A stretch of DNA of 55,237 nucleotides from Patescibacteria group bacterium (lineage in GTDB: Bacteria > Patescibacteriota > Patescibacteriia > UBA10025 > JAHIVO01). The first letter of the stretch is position 1; each line of letters starts with the position of its first letter. Under the pieces are notes generated by a model. That model was not told the origin of the DNA, did not search any database, and worked only from the letters and a program-made list of their open reading frames with translations. This document shows, one piece after another, positions 55,001-55,237 of this stretch. The stretch lies in contig JADFTK010000002.1 in the NCBI GenBank assembly GCA_022560375.1, positions 1 to 55,237 on the forward strand. The letters are read 5' to 3'. The translations under genes were made by a program, and so were the position numbers.

Positions 55001-55237
55001 TTAATAATTTAACTATCGGAGATGGATCCGCCGGCACTATAACTGTCAACGGCACTGACGATCCAACAGTATCAGGAACGCTGGACGTTGACACCGGGGA
55101 CACCTTATCCATTGGCTCTGGTCGGCTTTTTATATGGACTGGCTCGTCCTTTACTTTAGACGGGACAATATCTGGTGCGGGCAGGCTGATAATTGATTCT
55201 AGTACTACCATCCCGACTACCGGCACCCTCTCGTCTG
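49033..55237 (+). CDS. Giant surface protein, 5' partial view (at least 2068 codons, no stop before window end): HTH - TM - Ig/MG-like region - HxH tail-collar-like modules - beta-helix-like repeats
   Basis: I translated this frame by hand across the whole span and found no stop. AGGAG sits 11 nt before ATG 49033. All track ORFs in 49497-55226 are minus-strand shadows. Confidence 0.85.
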   Translation, partial: MSIVDFDALPNLLTIDQVSGILGVHPNTLRNWDRSGKLKATRIGSRQDRRYDRELVKKFYHKSDTQPHPEPPKKPEEQNYVIKFDFTPRSIKLYAMSRRFSIFVFSTLMVAFSFAVLQVTFFAYIFLVQAEVSPIESFQIQPAELSGWEGADFASQIDLLPTSSIEDFNQDNSAVYRKIPVTDLSTEEEEVVVGELPGVSNQLVASGFALPESISPQSTLIGARVDISLAAEGYVDSADVIVFSYSLDNGTTWQTLDSFGLIDHISNITNQGYWTYALDELKDPEQLDVFKVRIEYAAEPSEQETRALLDGIALALEVQPPDPVIEEINDSVDFIVKETDLTIEDEPVIEVEVKEESFFDFIGVEPTKREIKSIKIINPSGEVREADVDVSEQVAGDITTAELVVQRKNFTQPGKYSVIIEIEQEGRIEEIIYDFTWGVLALNPDQSLYKTGQQATFSIGALDDVGQIVCDADITLTITDPDGKKSIKSTADGSIEVTDFCGQKQLYEKPDYLATYLVAIPGTYDLHMEAIVSGNLRVLSDSFVAELSPAYTLKRLGPTRVFPVLYQPMNFEVTAYVDFDGKIVELFPADFEVIPEFGGVEVPYDTGTEIIKSIEWEKTIGAGDTITVGYTFKSPEKSPVLYELGPAKVGDWEELRKWQLAIDPTFMFILATSGSAASGWTTNTTYDGKFLRGAATQGGTGGSATNTHTVTNQTMSNASAQRPTEPCSRSCFGVSSVGHTHSLTNPTVGNANNDPANYSFVLWKHNTGIPTQVENNTFGFFASAPSGSWTHFSNSGSNAQNRLVEINSSHAQSGSDTHTHNLTWQSLGTGTGENNIPQVFGGVKTHTNDTHIHTAPSAGNSTSATSVPVYVNTLIYKSTAQQDIPNGFIGLFDADPGTDWDVISDASPYLNNFIRGSTSEGTTSGSNTHSQSDTTSGASGSSSSNQTYSDNAGTGNAKSGHTHTLTATLSSNVNHEPSYANFVLAKCTKGGGCGAGAVDLTGKAYTDDTEGTPITTGTSVCVAVNGTSSDCDATDSSGVFNITGVTTSSGDQLTFFIDGGSILGNAVTVSDGGAIVTGDNLRIYENTVLVRRETGTSIEILEMDAYDNDQNATDMLYDATDAAPDTLILESGIELFVYTGHTFDPNGRVTLAGVADFDVRGTAYLDTATSTVSDEIKLPSGGSLTISASTNVQGGGEAIFMTGGTLTISGGTTTVTGGLEMDSGTATISTTFDLTGDIDVNGGTLNINTSANVDFDGVFCTQVGGTANFNGGTTDGNTAGASHFRFNGGTILVAGGTHRTGTNSIIEMGRNTTANCMNDGTRGTTTFNMTGGTIQTRGWAFYSNYTVNSTTTTGGTATLGYSGSAPDIYNVNTGTWTFYDFDIAAGRSPNLHPSSTQAMPVKNDFTINTGGSLEMNSEAMTIGGDWFNAGTLIAETGTVTLTGTGAINGTADTTFNNLIIGDGSAGTITVNGTDDPIIAGTLDVDTGDTLSLSSGRTLTSDSTLTIDGTISGAGTLIITDTSSGPAATGTLSSLVRFDSSGGNILNTTFDARTYAGNVELYGNNSSNTITPASGTINFSGNLTLTQDGTGATTSNFNINDPTVTVTGNVSIDTSTTFSSSSAQTLDLNGDYTNNGTFTDNSGTVLLSGTGQQTLSGTMVSGGNDFNNLIVTNTFGSVTGCATLTTKGIDFAASADVSGTFTVNDNAHIEYNSGSTYAFTNIDWTGSASNDIIFRSSTTSVWDLNVTNTSVVSYVDVAYSDATPGVDIDADDGTNTDCNNNTAWTFPAGGINVAGSSNSSGSVKIAVNGTLQSGSYTISGSAWNITTDSALSGGETITAFINGATTANESTAVTEYDGTDGITGMVLDQNALSVGSADTGVTLTVTQLGQYDNDQDEDIMHSANASTLTVDDDNVYATDTIEMLSGDTLTIGGAETLVAYTVKISGTLASGGGSAYTVNGDWTNNGTFTASTSTVQMIGTASINGSSGTTFNNLTIGDGSAGTITVNGTDDPTVSGTLDVDTGDTLSIGSGRLFIWTGSSFTLDGTISGAGRLIIDSSTTIPTTGTLSS
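53389..53640 (+). repeat. Intragenic coding repeat copy 1 (TFNNLIIGDGSAGTITVNGTDDP...)
   Basis: Aligns with 54994-55237. 4 mismatches in the first 72 nt or so by hand alignment; beyond that it is homologous at protein level. Confidence 0.8.
54994..55237 (+). repeat. Intragenic coding repeat copy 2 (TFNNLTIGDGSAGTITVNGTDDP...)
   Basis: Offset of 1605 nt (535 codons) from copy 1. Truncated by the window end. Confidence 0.8.

Noticed and set aside
49497-55226. Eleven minus-strand track ORFs (for example 49857-50315, 53166-53879, 54894-55226) with Pro/Val/Ser-rich low-complexity products
   Set aside because: They lie antisense to the continuous plus-strand giant ORF. They lack SD sequences. Their repeat similarity (VPADPSPI.KLLKVV) simply mirrors the plus-strand coding repeats. 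They are shadow ORFs.
53389-55237. Diversity-generating retroelement (template/variable repeat) or CRISPR-like array
   Set aside because: Differences between repeat copies are not adenine-specific. No reverse transcriptase is present. The repeats are in-frame coding duplications with a 1605-nt period, not short regularly spaced repeats.

Overview
AT-rich, gene-dense bacterial fragment. Its gene content suggests a Candidate Phyla Radiation / Patescibacteria-type genome; this is inference, not a database result. Supporting genes: a CxxC-x17-CxxC protein, an archaeal-type AMP phosphorylase, an O-antigen-ligase/TPR fusion, a membrane/spermidine-synthase fusion, PilM/PilT, and CCA-encoding tRNAs.

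Layout:
- 69-9948: small surface and hypothetical genes, a phosphatase/UPF0182 operon, and an AbrB-type regulator with an ABC-2 exporter.
- 10001-23794: a plus-strand metal and redox block. It holds ZIP, VIT1, DUF1858, CorA, AMP phosphorylase, Fur-family regulator, sufCBDSU, SOD, ferritin, ferredoxin, two DsbA-like proteins and Lgt.
- 24496-25088: three minus-strand tRNAs (Leu-CAA, initiator Met, Met/Ile2-CAT) plus an odd structured element that ends in a copy of the tRNA 3' end.
- 25166-34761: parAB, an O-antigen-ligase-like/TPR protein, YjbQ, a threonine-dehydrogenase-like enzyme, a compositionally atypical secreted protein, and a spermidine-synthase fusion.
- 34789-47931: a minus-strand block with a zinc-finger ORF, topA, dprA, mfd, pilM, pilT, pth, der and an LCP protein.
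- 48022-48726: a GT2 glycosyltransferase.
- 49033 to window end: one giant plus-strand ORF, at least 2068 codons with no stop. It is absent from the supplied ORF track, presumably because it runs off the edge.

The giant ORF is the most unusual object. It encodes an N-terminal MerR/excisionase-like HTH, one TM helix, three HxH tail-collar-like modules and long beta-helix-like repeats. Other items worth a second look are an orphan promoter-structured RNA-terminator unit (42180-42445), unlisted small genes, and a YPNPFN motif shared by two unrelated ORFs.

I saw no CRISPR array, rRNA, transposase or integrase.
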